A stretch of 64,000 nt of DNA from Eledone cirrhosa (GCA_964016885.1 OZ024742.1:311550001-311614000); one strand, 5' to 3'; shown: positions 39,197 to 52,152, counted from the first letter of the stretch. Numbers and translations are program-made. The notes: generated by a model from the letters alone, not told the origin.

Positions 39197-39681
39197 CTAC
39201 TACCACTACACCTACTACTACCACTACTACTACTACTACCATCACTACGGGAGCGAGAGGATGATTTAGGGTGATGTTTTGATAGCATCTGTGATGGATA
39301 CACTGCTAAACCCTCTCAGTTGATTGGAACCCAGGGAGTAATTTCAATTTTCATTTGTAGTAATTTATTGTTATTTATGGAAATACATGAATCTTCTTAT
39401 ATCCCTCCATACATAAAATGTTAATAGGACATAGTGAACATTTACAATGTTGTTACATAGGAACATATGACATCTGATTGGTAATCTGATGCACCCATAT
39501 ACATAGCTGTAACCTCCAATCAACCTCTTGTAATAATAATAAGGATTTCTTGTATTGGCAAAAGACTGAATTGAATAAATAATAGTGTTATTTACTTTTT
39601 TTCTAATTTATATAAACCATTTACTTTCATAAATACTTTGTCTTATTTTATTTTTATATTGATATCTATGTCTTATTAAAA

Positions 39682-39722
<41 letters not shown>

Positions 39723-39862
39723 TACATATATCGTGATCGAGATCTTTGGCGCTATGAAGTAATACAGAAGACACGGCAACGTAAACGAACTAAGTGAGTA
39801 CTCTAGGGGTTATGATCCACCTGGTATTTTACCACACCCTATCTAAAATATATATACATATA

Positions 39863-39902
<40 letters not shown>

Positions 39903-40649
39903 CCTTGCAATCGAAAGGTTGTGAGTTCAATTCTCAGACCGGGTGATGTGTTGTTTCCTTGAGCAAGACACTTTATTTCACATTGCTCCAGTTTACTCAG
40001 CTGTAGAAATGAGATGATAGGGACTGGGGTCCATATCATTCCACTGCAAAGTGGTTGTGCAGGTGCCACGGCAAAAAAGCACCCAGCACTCACTGCAAAT
40101 GAGGTTGGTGTTAGGAAGGGCATCCAGCTGTAGAAATCAAGCCAGAATCAGTTCCCGTCCCACCCTTGCAAGCAGGGAAAAAGCGGACGTAAAAGGAAAT
40201 GATGATGATATATATATATATATATGTATATATATTATTATATTTGGGGAGGGTCATATTGTTATGATATTGCCAGAAATAATAATAAAACACACTGTTT
40301 CGTTTGGATTGGTTTTTGCTTTTGTATCTTTTTATATCTCCATAGTTAATTTATCTCGCAATCAATGTTGATCATTGATTGACCAACGGTTAAAAATACA
40401 GATAGAAATAAATATATCTATAGTCTATCAAAGTTCTTTCATCACACTCCTGTGACATCATCAGTGGTACTATTATGTTTCCTCCCATTGTATTGTAATG
40501 CCTACGCCATTTTAATTTTATTTATTTATCTTGTCACTGTCCCTGTTTGTGCATGCGTTTGCGTGAGTGTTTTCTATTTGGTGTGCATGTTCATGTCTGA
40601 GTCTGTGTTTTTGTATTCTATCTTTGTTCACTAGTGTGTGTTTATCTGT

Positions 40650-40909
40650 GGTTGTAATAGCTGTAAACGGCTAACCGACAGCAAATGAACCATATGTGGG
40701 CATGACAAAGAACAGCTTTAAACAGTGGTACTAATTATATAGCGCATCATTTAGACACGAACATTTGAGAAAAACAGCGGTACTAGCTGCCCTAGTACTG
40801 GAGCTTAAAGACACGAATATAACATACAAAGCAGAATAGAGCATTCTGGAAATGCTCAAGCTCTATATTAAAGGAACAGAAAAGTGTTCATTTTGTATTA
40901 GTGAGAAAT
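40650..40909 (+). pseudogene. Penelope-like GIY-YIG remnant, continuing at ~44115-44190 after the RTE
   Basis: Degenerate YVGMTKNSFKQW...SFRHEHLRK...SILE...KGTEKC...ISEK, then YLNSKTEVFRK.PHMN beyond the RTE. Confidence 0.6.
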
Positions 40910-43900
40910 ACAGGATATAACAGCTGGGTGGGAAATGACGATGGGATGGGTGGTGTAGGTATACTACTAGCTGACAAGTGGGTAGATAAAGTAATCTCAG
41001 TGTACAGGGTAAATGCAAGAATCATTAAACTCAGACTAGTCCTGAATAAAACAATTACCACAATAATATCAGCTTACGCACCCCAATCGGGGCTGCCAGA
41101 CAAACTTAAGGATAGGTTTTACGAGTCCCTAATGCACATTACTGCTCTAACAGACGACAATGACTTCCTAATCATCGCAGGAGATTTTAACGGACACGTA
41201 GGTAAACACTGCGATGGCTTCAATAGAGTACATGGAGGCCATGGGGTTGGCACAAGGAATGAGGAAGGATTCAGACTTCTAGAATTCTGCGACGCCAATG
41301 ACATGTCGATATGTAACACAAACTTTAAAAAACCCGACAACCACCTGATCACCTATAGATCAGGGGAGCACTCTAGTCAGATAGATTTTATCCTCATCAG
41401 AGGACGTGACAGATGGGCGGTCGTAAACACAAAAGCCTTCCCTAGTGAGGAATGTACCTCCCAACATAGCTTAGTTGTCAGCGACCTGACAGTCAGAACT
41501 AGACGAACCTGGAAACAGAGGCCAACCTGGAGAAGAAAGATCTGGAAGCTGAAAGTCCCCTCAACCAGTAACAGATTTAAAGATATTTTACTCAACGCCT
41601 ACGACAGTAAAGAAGAACAGATAGAGACATTTAATGTAGAAGAGAACTGGGAGTTGCTAAAAAAATAATTTACTAGAGGCGACGGATGAGGTCTGTGGCT
41701 GGAGTAAGACCTCAAGCAGGAGGAGAGTGACTTAGTGGTGGAACAATAAGGTAGATGAAGCAGTTAAGGCCAAGAGACAGGCATGGAAAGAATGGAAGAA
41801 CGGGGGGAGCAGAGTACATTACATAGAGACCAAGAGGGAAGCTAGGCGACAAGTATACTTAGCTAGGAGGGAAGCAGAGGATAGAAAATTCAAGCATGTT
41901 TTGCAACGTGAGGACCAGAAACAGGAGGTATTCAAGATTGCGAGGCAGTGTGTAAGAGATAGTTGTGATGTCATTGGAGAGAAGTGTATTCGGAATGATA
42001 AAGGTGAGCTTGCCCTCACAAGTGCTGAGAAGAAAGATGCATGGAAGAGTATTTATGATAGATTACTAAATGAGGAGAATGCATGGGAAGAAGAGATCCT
42101 ACCCCAAGTAGACCCTATAGAGGGGCCAGCAGTACAAGTCAGCAGCAGCGTAGTAAGTAAGGCAATCAAAGATATGAAGATGGGGAAGGCAACTGGTCCA
42201 TCGGGTATAGCTGCCGAGATGCTGAAGGCATCTGGGTCTGTAGGTCACACTATAACCACACGTATTGTTAACCAGGTAATACTAGAAGGTGTCATACCAA
42301 AAGATTGGTGCAGTAGCATCATTGTCAACTGCTACAAAGGTAAAGGTGATGCACTAGATAGAGGAAACTATAGAGGTATAAAGTTGATGGACCAGGTCAT
42401 GAAAGTAACAGAAAGAGTTATAGCACAGTTGATTAGGGACCGGGTGAAAATAGACGAGATGCAATTTGGGTTTGTACCAGGAAGAGGCACCACTGATGCC
42501 CTCTTCCTTGTGAGGCAATTACAGGAAAAGTACCTAGCTAAAAGTAAGCCACTCTACTTGGCATTTGTCGACCTTGAGAAAGCCTTTGACAGAGTTCCAC
42601 GTGCTGTAATCTGGTGGGCTCTTAGAAAACTAGGAGTAGATGAATGGCTTGTAAAAGCGGTACAAGCCATGTATAGGGGAGCAGTCAGCAAAGTTAGGAT
42701 TAGCAATGAGTATAGCGAGGAATTTAGCGTACAGGTTGGGGTCCACCAGGGCTCTGTTCTTAGCCCCCTCCTGTTCATCATAGTCCTGCAGGCAATAACG
42801 GAAGAGTTTAAGACCGGATGCCCATGGGAACTCCTGTATGCTGATGACCTTGCGCTCATTGCTGAAACTATGGTAGAACTAGAGAATAAATTCCAAACTT
42901 GGAAGCAGGGACTAGAAAGAAAGGGTCTCAAAGTCAACATGACAAAGACTAAGGTCCTTGTAAGTAGACGAGAAAACAGAACCCAGATCCCCTCAGGGAA
43001 ATGGCCTTGCTCAGTATGTAGGAAAGGTGTAGGTAGGAACTCCATTCTCTGCCCCAAATGCAAACAATGGGTACACAAGAGATGTAGCGGGATCTCAGGA
43101 AGCTTAATTAAGAATGTAGGCTTCACATGCAGCAGCTGTGCTGGGACAGCAAGCAGCAAACAGCCACAGGAAACAAGTACCACCAATCTCTGGGAGGGCT
43201 CTGTAGAAACAGTAGACAGCTTCTGCTACCTAGGTGACCGAATTAGCAGCGGAGGTGGGTGTTCAGAAAGTACAATAACTAGGGTAAGAACGGGATGGAA
43301 GAAGTTTAGGGAACTACTACCACTGCTAGCTGCAAAAGGCTTCTCCCTCAGAATGAAAGGCAGACTGTATGATGCGTGTATCCGAACAGCAATGTTGCAT
43401 GGTTGTGAGACCTGGGCGCTGAAGGTGGAAGACTTACGTAGATTAGAGAGAAACGAAGCCTGCATGGTCCGATGGTTGTGTAACAGTAATATACGTGAAC
43501 GACAAAGCATAAATGAATTGAGAGAGAGACTGAGCATAAGAGGAATCAAATACTGTGTGCAGGAGAGGCGGTTGCGCTGGTATGGACATGTGATGTGTAT
43601 GAAAGATGACAGCTGCATAAAAAGGTGCAGAGCACTAGAAGTTGATGGAAACCGTGGAGTGGGGAGACCCAAGATGACCTGGGATGAGGTGATAAAAGCC
43701 GACCTTACCCAATTACACCTCTCAAAGGCAATGACACACGACCGTGACTTCTGGCGTCACGCAGTAATACAGAGTACCCGACCTCCCATGGGTACAAGCT
43801 GAAGCATATAGACAATATGCCCCCACACCCCCACCGCAAGGTGGTCGTGGAGGTGCCACGGCAAAAAAGCACCCAGCCCACACTGTAAAGTGGACGTGTA

Positions 43901-44084
43901 GGCGCCACGAAAAAGCACCCAGCACTCACTGTAAATGAGGTTGGTGTTAGGAAGGGCTTCCAGTTGTAGAAATCAAGCCAAATCAGTTCCTGTATGAGCA
44001 AGGCATGGTCAGCCGACCAGACACTGCCCACAACAGGACAACCCGTCTAACCCATGCTAGCGTGGAAGAACGGACGTAAAACGG

Positions 44085-44113
<29 letters not shown>
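40910..44113 (+). mobile_element. RTE-clade LINE, 5'-truncated within the AP endonuclease
   Basis: APE motifs (ISAYAPQ, AGDFNGHVG, SQIDFIL); RT (FVDLEKAFD, QGSVLSP, YADD); 3' UTR ending in (GAT)n; stops at ~41666-41735. Confidence 0.95.
41901..43802 (+). CDS. RTE ORF remnant: RT plus PHD-like zinc finger
   Basis: 633-aa open frame with YADD and CSVC...CPKC...H..C...CSSC; separated from the APE frame 40901-41668 by stops. Confidence 0.85.
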   Translation: MQREDQKQEVFKIARQCVRDSCDVIGEKCIRNDKGELALTSAEKKDAWKSIYDRLLNEENAWEEEILPQVDPIEGPAVQVSSSVVSKAIKDMKMGKATGPSGIAAEMLKASGSVGHTITTRIVNQVILEGVIPKDWCSSIIVNCYKGKGDALDRGNYRGIKLMDQVMKVTERVIAQLIRDRVKIDEMQFGFVPGRGTTDALFLVRQLQEKYLAKSKPLYLAFVDLEKAFDRVPRAVIWWALRKLGVDEWLVKAVQAMYRGAVSKVRISNEYSEEFSVQVGVHQGSVLSPLLFIIVLQAITEEFKTGCPWELLYADDLALIAETMVELENKFQTWKQGLERKGLKVNMTKTKVLVSRRENRTQIPSGKWPCSVCRKGVGRNSILCPKCKQWVHKRCSGISGSLIKNVGFTCSSCAGTASSKQPQETSTTNLWEGSVETVDSFCYLGDRISSGGGCSESTITRVRTGWKKFRELLPLLAAKGFSLRMKGRLYDACIRTAMLHGCETWALKVEDLRRLERNEACMVRWLCNSNIRERQSINELRERLSIRGIKYCVQERRLRWYGHVMCMKDDSCIKRCRALEVDGNRGVGRPKMTWDEVIKADLTQLHLSKAMTHDRDFWRHAVIQSTRPPMGTS

Positions 44114-44115
<2 letters not shown>

Positions 44116-44730
44116 GTCATCGACCAGATATCTGAACAGTAAAACCGAGGTGTTCAGAAAATACCCACATATGAACACACATACTTAAGGCATGTGCCAG
44201 TGCTATCACAAACCTAGAACAACATTAAACAACCACACCAGGAAACATATAGTTAGACACATATACTAGGTATCCCAAATAATCCTCAACATATGACAAT
44301 ACGCTTAACCAATTTCACAGTAATATCACAAATCCATATTCATCTTAGATAACTTCACATGAAAATACGTTTAGATGCAAACACGCGCAAGCATACATCC
44401 ATAATTATAATTGTTTCTACTTTTTGGCACAAGGCCAGCAATATCCTAGTACATTACTGGTACTTTATTTTATCGACCCCGTAAGGATGAAAGGCAAAGT
44501 TAACCTCGGCGGGATTTGAACTCAGATCGTAAAGAGACGTAATTATGCTGGAAAGCATGGCGTCCGACTCTCTACCGATATTGCCAATCCATCGGCTCCA
44601 ATACGCACCCTATTATAGCTAAATAACAATAATATTATCAGGAATTATCCCTGCATTATAAAAAACAAAACATTTCCTTAAGACATAGGGTTATTCCCCT
44701 TGCACCAAACGAGATCTGGTGTTAATAACT

Positions 44731-46262
44731 GGGCGATATCCAATTTTAGCGGCCTAAATGCCGCTTACTTGCTGTAGTTGCTGCTTACTTCAATGTATGA
44801 GGCTATTCCAACAAATTTACATTCCCCTTTTTTTAGCCGTTAAAAGAAATATAGATTTATTTGCCACTGGGGCATAGATTTCTTTATTTGCCCCTTTTTT
44901 GATTGTTTGTTTTTTTGCGATTTATTAGCCTTTTGGGGTCACACACACCCCCGTAGAAAGTGTGCGACCTTTCTGCCAGGGAGCACAGAGAGAGGGGGGG
45001 GCTCCCTTCTTCTCTTACCTGTACAAGCCGATATAGAGAGATGGCCCACTTACACGGGCTATTATTGCTACTTTCACCCATCTTTCATGGAATTGGCTGG
45101 GACTGAGTGCCTTTTTCTCCACCTTGATCCTTCTTTCGAAGTGGTATCGGAAGAAGAGGACCATTTGTTGGCCGGCGACATATCCCCACAGTTTTCTCGT
45201 TGCAAACGCATCTGGGACATTTCTTTTCCAAGGGGTTTCCGTCCCGGAATCCATGTCTGTAGAGCCTTTCCCGAACGGGCAGGGCCCCTCGGTATAATAG
45301 TAAGTATTAGTGGTTGTAATAAAAATGCAATCAAAATGTAATAAATACCTTCACTGATTTCTTTCCTTATATTATCAACAGAAGTTGGTATGTCACCCAA
45401 AGTTCGCTTTGTATGTTCCCGAATAGCAGTGAATTTTGATAAAACTGTTTCTAATTCCTTCTCCACAGTAAGACAAATAAATATCCATGTGTAGTCCAAA
45501 AAGATATAAATCTTTAAAAAAATTATAATAATTCTTTATTATTATTTTCTTTTTCCGTAAATAATTATTTTTCTATATATCTCAAACCCTGCCAAACACC
45601 ACATCTGTCTATCTGTAAATTTAAATGACTGTTCTTTCATACTTATCCTCTTCAACTACACATGGATATTTGTCTTACTGTGGAGAAGGAATTAGAAACA
45701 GTTTTATCAAAATTCACTGCTATTCGGGAACATACAAAGCGAACTTTGGGTGACATACCAACTTCTGTTGATAATATAAGGAAAGAAATCAGTGAAGGTA
45801 TTTATTACATTTTGATTGCATTTTTATTACAACCACTAATACTTACTATTATACCGAGGGGCCCTGCCCGTTCGGGAAAGGCTCTACAGACACGGATTCC
45901 GGGACGGAAACCCCTTGGAAAAGAAATGTCCCAGATGCGTTTGCAACGAGGAAACTGTGGGGATATCGGCTTGTACAGGTAAGAGAAGAAGGGAGCACCC
46001 CCCTCTCTCTGTGCTCCCTGGCAGAAAGGTCGCACACTTTCTACGGGGGTGTGTGTGACCCCAAAAGGCTAATAAATCGCAAACAAACAAACAAAAAAGG
46101 GGCAAATAAAGAAATCTATGCCCCAGTGGCAAATAAATCTATATTTCTTTTAACGGCTAAAAAAAGGGGAATGTAAATTTGTTGGAATAGCCTCATACAT
46201 TGAAGTAAGCAGCAACTACAGTAAGTAAGCGGCATTTAGGCCGCTAAAATTGGATATCGCCA
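44731..46262. repeat. Inverted duplication (arms ~44731-45495 and ~45655-46262) containing an L1/Tx1-type ORF2 3' fragment
   Basis: Arms are reverse complements; GALPVRERLYRHG...CPRCVCNE.TV resembles zf-RVT; FFRYHFERRIKVEKKALS...ERWVKVA resembles an ORF2 C-terminus. Confidence 0.85.
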
Positions 46263-48185
46263 ATAACTGTTTCTACTTTTGGCACAAGGCCAGTAATTAC
46301 TCAGTACATTACTGGTACTTTATTTTATCGATCCCGTAAGGATGAAAGGCAAAGTTAACCTCGGCGGGATTTGAACTCAGAATGGCAAGGGCCGTAACTC
46401 TATGCGTCAAAGCATGGCGTCCGACGCCTCTACCAATACTGCCAATCCACCGTCGGCCATCTTTGTTTATAGTTGCCTGAAAAAAACCATTCTGTGGAAA
46501 CCAATCGTAGCGACGCATGCATGTTGAGGATATTAACTACAATATATAATTTTTTTTTTTCTCAATCGATTATTTTGAATTTATATTAATGATAAGCGTG
46601 AATGGCCCAGAAACAGTGCACGCCTAACAGGTCGGAGAAAATGAACAGTCACTGGCGATGCAAGCGGGCAGTTCTCACAGGCAGTACACATCTAACAGAA
46701 TGACAGAGAGAACGAACACTGCATCTACAATCTAATTTCTTCTTCACGCTCATTAGAGTTTGTGTCGTTTAAAATTTCAATTAATTAATCCGGCACTTTC
46801 AACAGTCAATCACTCTTGGATAGTTCCATTTTTTAATCATTTAAAAAAATTATAAGTAAAGTTTTATTTACATTAGTAAAAACAATTTAATAGAAAATGA
46901 AAGAAAAAATTTAGATTGAGAAGAAAGAATGGAATGTAAAATAAGAAAATGAAAAAGAAAAAGGAAAAAGGAAGGGAAAGGCAAGGGCTCTAGTGCAACA
47001 GAAGAATGGGGAGGGGGAAGAGTGGTGGTGATTGGGCTTTTGGTAATGGGGCTGCACCCCGCGGACATGATCGCAAAAGCATTCTCGCGGACTGACCAGC
47101 GACACCCACTGCAACAGCCACCCCACCTCACGGAGCTCCTTCCTCAGACGGACCGCTGACGTTCCTATCTTGCGGAGTTCTTCTTCGCCCACTTATTCCT
47201 GTGAAGGTCGGGGTAAGGGTGGCAGAGTCCCCAAACACTCCTTCCAGCAGATTCTTTCAGAAGTAACCGTTTCCAACTGATCCGGCAGGATCCTCATAAA
47301 TGTCCGTATAGAGCTTGTAAGCTATGACAGACTAGATGGAGTATCTAGTACTTACAGTTAAAAAAACACACACAAAACAAAAACAAACAGACGAGATAGA
47401 CAGAGATAAATGAATATAAAAATAAAATTAAAAACAAAATTAAAATGTGAAAAGCCAACGGGAGGCAAAATAAGCATAAAAAAAGTAAACAGAAAGCAAA
47501 GTTGACTTCGAGTGGGTTTGAACTGAGAGATTAGAAAGCCAGAACCAATACTGCAAACTATCTGACCTTCCAACGACACTGCCAATTCGCCGCCTTTACA
47601 TAATGTAATTTGGTGTAATTTTGGTTGTAATAAATGAACTCAATTACTCCTTAATAGGGCGGCGGATTGGCAGTACCGGTAGAGCGTCGGACACTATGCT
47701 TTGCGGCATAGAGTTATGACCCTATGAGTTCTGAGTGCAAATCCCGCCGCGGTTAGCTTTGTCTTTCATCCTTACGGGGTCGATAAAATAAAGCACCAGT
47801 AATGCACTGGTGTCGATTTAATTGACTTACTCCTCTCTCCAAATTGCTGGCCTTGTGCCTAAAGTAGAAATCACTATTACTCCTTAGTAAAGATACTATA
47901 AACATTTAGTACAAAACATTACTTCTTATCTCTCTTATTCTATACTTTTCTCTCTTATCCCACTCACTGTCTATCTCTCCTTCTTTTCACTCCTTATATT
48001 TTTGCTATCCCTCCGCCTTCCATTCTAAGTTCTTTCTAAGTTCGTTTGTTGACGTGTATATATTTACGGTGTTTTGTTCGTGTTTGTGTGTGTGTATATA
48101 TATTTGTGTGTGTGTATGCGTTTAAATGTGTGTGTTATGTAAGTATGTCACATGCAGTGCTTTTGACAATAAGAAAGTCTTTAAA

Positions 48186-48545
48186 TGAACAACAACCACA
48201 ATAACGACGACGACGAGAAGAACAACAAAAAGAACGACAACAACAACAACAATAACGACAATAACAACAAAAACAACAAAAACAACAAAACAATAGAAAA
48301 AACAACAGCAGTAACAACAACAAAAACAACAACAGCAGTAACAACAACAACAACAACAACAAAACAACAACAACAGCAGTAACAACAACAACAACAACAA
48401 AAAACAACAACAACAGCAGTAACAACAACGACAACAACAACAACAGAAAACAACAACAGCAGTAACGACAGCAACAAAATAACAGAAAACAACAGTAGTA
48501 ACAACGGCAACAACAACAACTACAACAACAACAACAACAACAACC
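48186..48545 (+). repeat. Compound (AAC)n microsatellite; related tract at 52272-52455
   Basis: aac/aacagcagt units; both tracts end in cccatgtcatgt. Confidence 0.9.
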
Positions 48546-48579
48546 CATGTCATGTAGTCACAGGGAAGCATTATAAATA

Positions 48580-48995
48580 ATTGTTTCTACTTTAGGCACA
48601 AGGCCAGCAATTATTCCAGTACATTACTGGTACTTTATTTTATCGACCCCGTAAGGATGAAAGGCAAAGTTAACCTCGGCGGGATTTGAACTCAGATCAT
48701 AAAGGGACGTAACTATGCTGGAAAGCATGGCATCCGACCCTCTACCGATACTGCCAATCCGCCGCCCTAGCATGGCGTCCGACCCTCTACCGATACTGCC
48801 AATCCGCCGCCCTAGCATGTCGTCCGACCCTCTACCGATACTGCCAATCCGCCGCCCTAGCATGTCGTCCGACCCTCTACCGATACTGCCAATCCGCCGC
48901 CCTAGCATGTCGTCCGACCCTCTACCGATACTGCCAATCCGCCGCCCTAGCATGTCGTCCGACCCTCTACCGATACTGCCAATCCGCCGCCCTAG
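48580..48995 (-). mobile_element. OK-type SINE with six tandem copies of its 45-bp 5' head
   Basis: catgtcgtccgaccctctaccgatactgccaatccgccgccctag at 48726, 48771, 48816, 48861, 48906, 48951. Confidence 0.9.
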
Positions 48996-49259
48996 GTGTT
49001 TGTTACTGAAATATAAACCTTGACAACCGGAGAAACATGTAACCGGAGCAGAATAAAGTATGACTGGCGATTTTACACCTGCTGTTGCTGATTATTATTA
49101 TTATTATTATTATAGTTTGGCGCATAGAGTTACGGCCCTTGCCATTCTGAGTTCAAATCCCGCCGAGGTTAACTTTGCCTTTCATCCTTACGGGGTCGAT
49201 AAAATAAAGTACCAGTAATACACTGGGTTATTGCTGGCCTTGTGCCTAACGTAGAAACA

Positions 49260-49297
<38 letters not shown>

Positions 49298-49374
49298 CAT
49301 TATTATTATTCGATAAAATAAAGTACCAGTAATGCACTGGGTAATTGCTGGCCCTGTGCCAAAAGTAGAAACAA

Positions 49375-52054
49375 TTATTATTATTATTATTATTGTTCTT
49401 TGAGTCTCAGTCATTGATGTTCTTTAACTGGAAAGTTTGTTGAAATGAATATCAAGCCGCTACCTGCAGCCTCAGACATTCAGGACGTTCCCAGCAAGCA
49501 TACCTTTTGAAGTGTTCCAAAAAGCGGGGCTGGACTAATCTTCTTTAACCATCGTTGGAAACTCTTTGAGATAGTACCTAGTGCGCCTATGACAATCGGG
49601 ACGACCTTGATTTCATGGCAGTTCCAAATCCTTTTTAACTCCCACTTTAAATCCTGGTATCGGTTAATTTTCTCCGTCTCCTTTTCTTGCACTCTCGTGT
49701 CGAAGGGGCAGGCTACATCTACAATCAGGCACGATCTTTTTTTTCTTGTCCAAAACCACCAGGTCAGGCCTATTGCGTTCTAATTTCTTGTCCGTCTGTA
49801 TCCTAAAATCCCATAGCACCTTCACCTGATCGTTTTCTATCACCGACTCTGGCTTATGCTCATACCACTTCTCAGAATGTGGTACATTGTTTACTTTGCA
49901 TAGATGCCAGTGGATCACCCTGCCTCCAGCCTTTATAGTGAGTCTGGGCTAGGTGTTTACACTGGGATACAATGTGAGCCACAGTCTCCTCTCTCTCTCC
50001 ACAGATCCTACACAGTGAGCTAGCCTCCTCCTTGTCAATATGGTGTTTCACCCACTTCGTTCTGAGGGCTTGCACTTGCACAGTCATTAGCATTCTTTCT
50101 GTAGTTTTTTTTTAAGGTCTCCTCTGTTTAACCAGTTCCATGACTGTGAATCTCTAAATTCCGTTTTCATAGCACCTTAAAGCAGGTGCTATGAAGGGAT
50201 TTTTCATGAAGGTTGCTCTTCCTCCTTGGACATCCCCTGGTCTATTGTCTTCTCCTTCAGTACAATTTTGAGCATTGGCTCCCTACTGCCAGTTACATAT
50301 TTGTGCAGGTTGTTTTTCTCCATCTGAACACAGTCTTCTATGCTGATAAGACCTCTTCCACCTTCAGATCTCTTTAAGTAGAGTCTATCGACATCACTCC
50401 TCTTGTGGAACATGTAGATAGGCAATAGCTTCCTAGTCTTCCTATCCATTTCTTTTTGTTCAACATTCCATTTCAGAATTCCCACACTGTACCTAATAAT
50501 AGACACAGCTCGGGAATTTACTGCACTTATGACATTCCTACTATTTAGATGTGATTTTAATACGCTCGTTACTCTCCTTATGTACTCAGATCTTATCAGT
50601 TCCTTCATTTTTTTGTTCTTGATGTCATCTGCCTCCAGATCACCTAAATATTTGTATCCTTCTTCAGTGTCAATTTCCTTTATCATCTCACCTGTTGGTA
50701 CCTGGATTCCGTTGCTTCTGCTCAATTTACCCCTCTTCATCACTAAGATTCCACATTTATTAATACCAAATTCCATACATATATCATTGCTGAAAATACG
50801 GACAGTGTCAACAAGTACATCCAACTCCTCACTCTTCCCAAAGAGTTTAAGATCATCGATGAAGAGGAGGTGGTTGATGGTAAGCTCTCCTCTTCTCAAC
50901 TTGTATCCTGCTCTCACTTTTCGCAATATAACGGACAGGGGTATCGGGCAAGGACAAACAGTTAGAGGGGACAATCTATCTCCCTGGAATATACCTCTCT
51001 TGATCTTCACGCCTCCCAAGGATTCTCCACCTGATGTTAACTCTGTTTCCCAGGACTTCATACTTTTGCTCAACAACTGTCTGATGTTATCTGCCACCTT
51101 GAAGATCTCAAGGCTTTTGGTTATCCAAGAATGAGGTACCATGTCGAATGCCATTTTGTAATCTATCCATCCCATGGCAAGACCAGTTTGCCTCCTCTTG
51201 CAATTCCTCATTACCATCTTATCAATAAGTAACTGATCTTTTGTACCACGGGACTTCTTTTGGCATCCTTTCTGTTCGTCCGGTAACAAGTTGTTTATGT
51301 GGAGGTGATGGTAGATTTCCTCAGACACAATGGTTAACAGTTTCCACATTACGGACAGACATGTGATAGGCCTATAGTTGGTAACATCATTACCCTTGAT
51401 TCGGTCTTTCATTACTAGAACTGTGGTACCTTTTATCAACCACTCTGGTACTTCACGCGACATCAAGCAGTCATTGAACATGGTTGACAGTTTCGGGTGT
51501 AGGGATGTCATATTTTTAATCCAATACCCTTGCACACCATCTGGGCCTGGTGATTTCCAGTTGGTTAGTTTTTTGGCCTACCCTTTAAGAGTTTCAACTG
51601 TGATACTCAAAACAGGTTGTTGGTGTGCTTGTTCACTAATCTCCTTTTGAACTCTCTCAATCCACACTGCCTGGTCATTATGTTTAACATCCTGCTCCCA
51701 TATTCCTCTCCAGAATGTCTTAGTCTGTTCTGCCTCAGGGGTCACGTCGTTGCCTCTTTCTTTACCTTCAAGCTGTCCAAACAACATCTTCTGGTTGTTG
51801 TCAAACATGTGGTTCTGTCTATACTGACTAATTCTGTTCTCATACCGCCTAATCTTTGCACTTTTTGCTACAATGCGTTGCTTCAGTTCCTCTATGATAA
51901 TATTTAGCTTTTTCCCCCTAGTTTTGTATTTTATTTTCAATCTATCTTTAGTGACTATGTTTTGTAATGTCCCATTCAGTAAGGACTCAAGCTTTCCAAT
52001 GTCTTTTCTCATTCCCTTGATTTGACTATTCAGTCGTTTCTTCCACCAAGGTTC
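49375..52054 (-). mobile_element. R4/Dong-like (restriction-like endonuclease) non-LTR retrotransposon, copy 1, 5'-truncated and frameshifted
   Basis: RT (WIDYKMAFD, IFQGDRLSP, LFIDDLKL); CCHC (CRICGEREETVAHIVSQC); REL motifs WDFRIQTD, RPDLVV, VPIVIGALG; (AAT)n tail. Confidence 0.92.
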
Positions 52055-52141
52055 TTCTTCTTCTTCTTCTTCTTCTTCTTCTTCTTCTTCTTCTTCTTCT
52101 TCTTCTTCTTCTTCTTCTTCTTCTTCTTCTTCTTCTTCTTC
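52052..52141 (+). repeat. (TTC)n microsatellite, about 30 units
   Basis: Perfect TTC run at the 5' truncation point of R4-like copy 1. Confidence 0.95.
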
Positions 52142-52152
52142 ACTGTGTGTGT

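Noticed and set aside
48122-48571. Cys/Leu/Val-rich ORFs (also 52153-52513)
   Set aside because: Translations of (AAC)n microsatellites
50529-51134. Long antisense ORFs (also 42554-43186, 54096-54701, 8201-8617)
   Set aside because: Shadow frames opposite retroelement coding sequence, with no motifs
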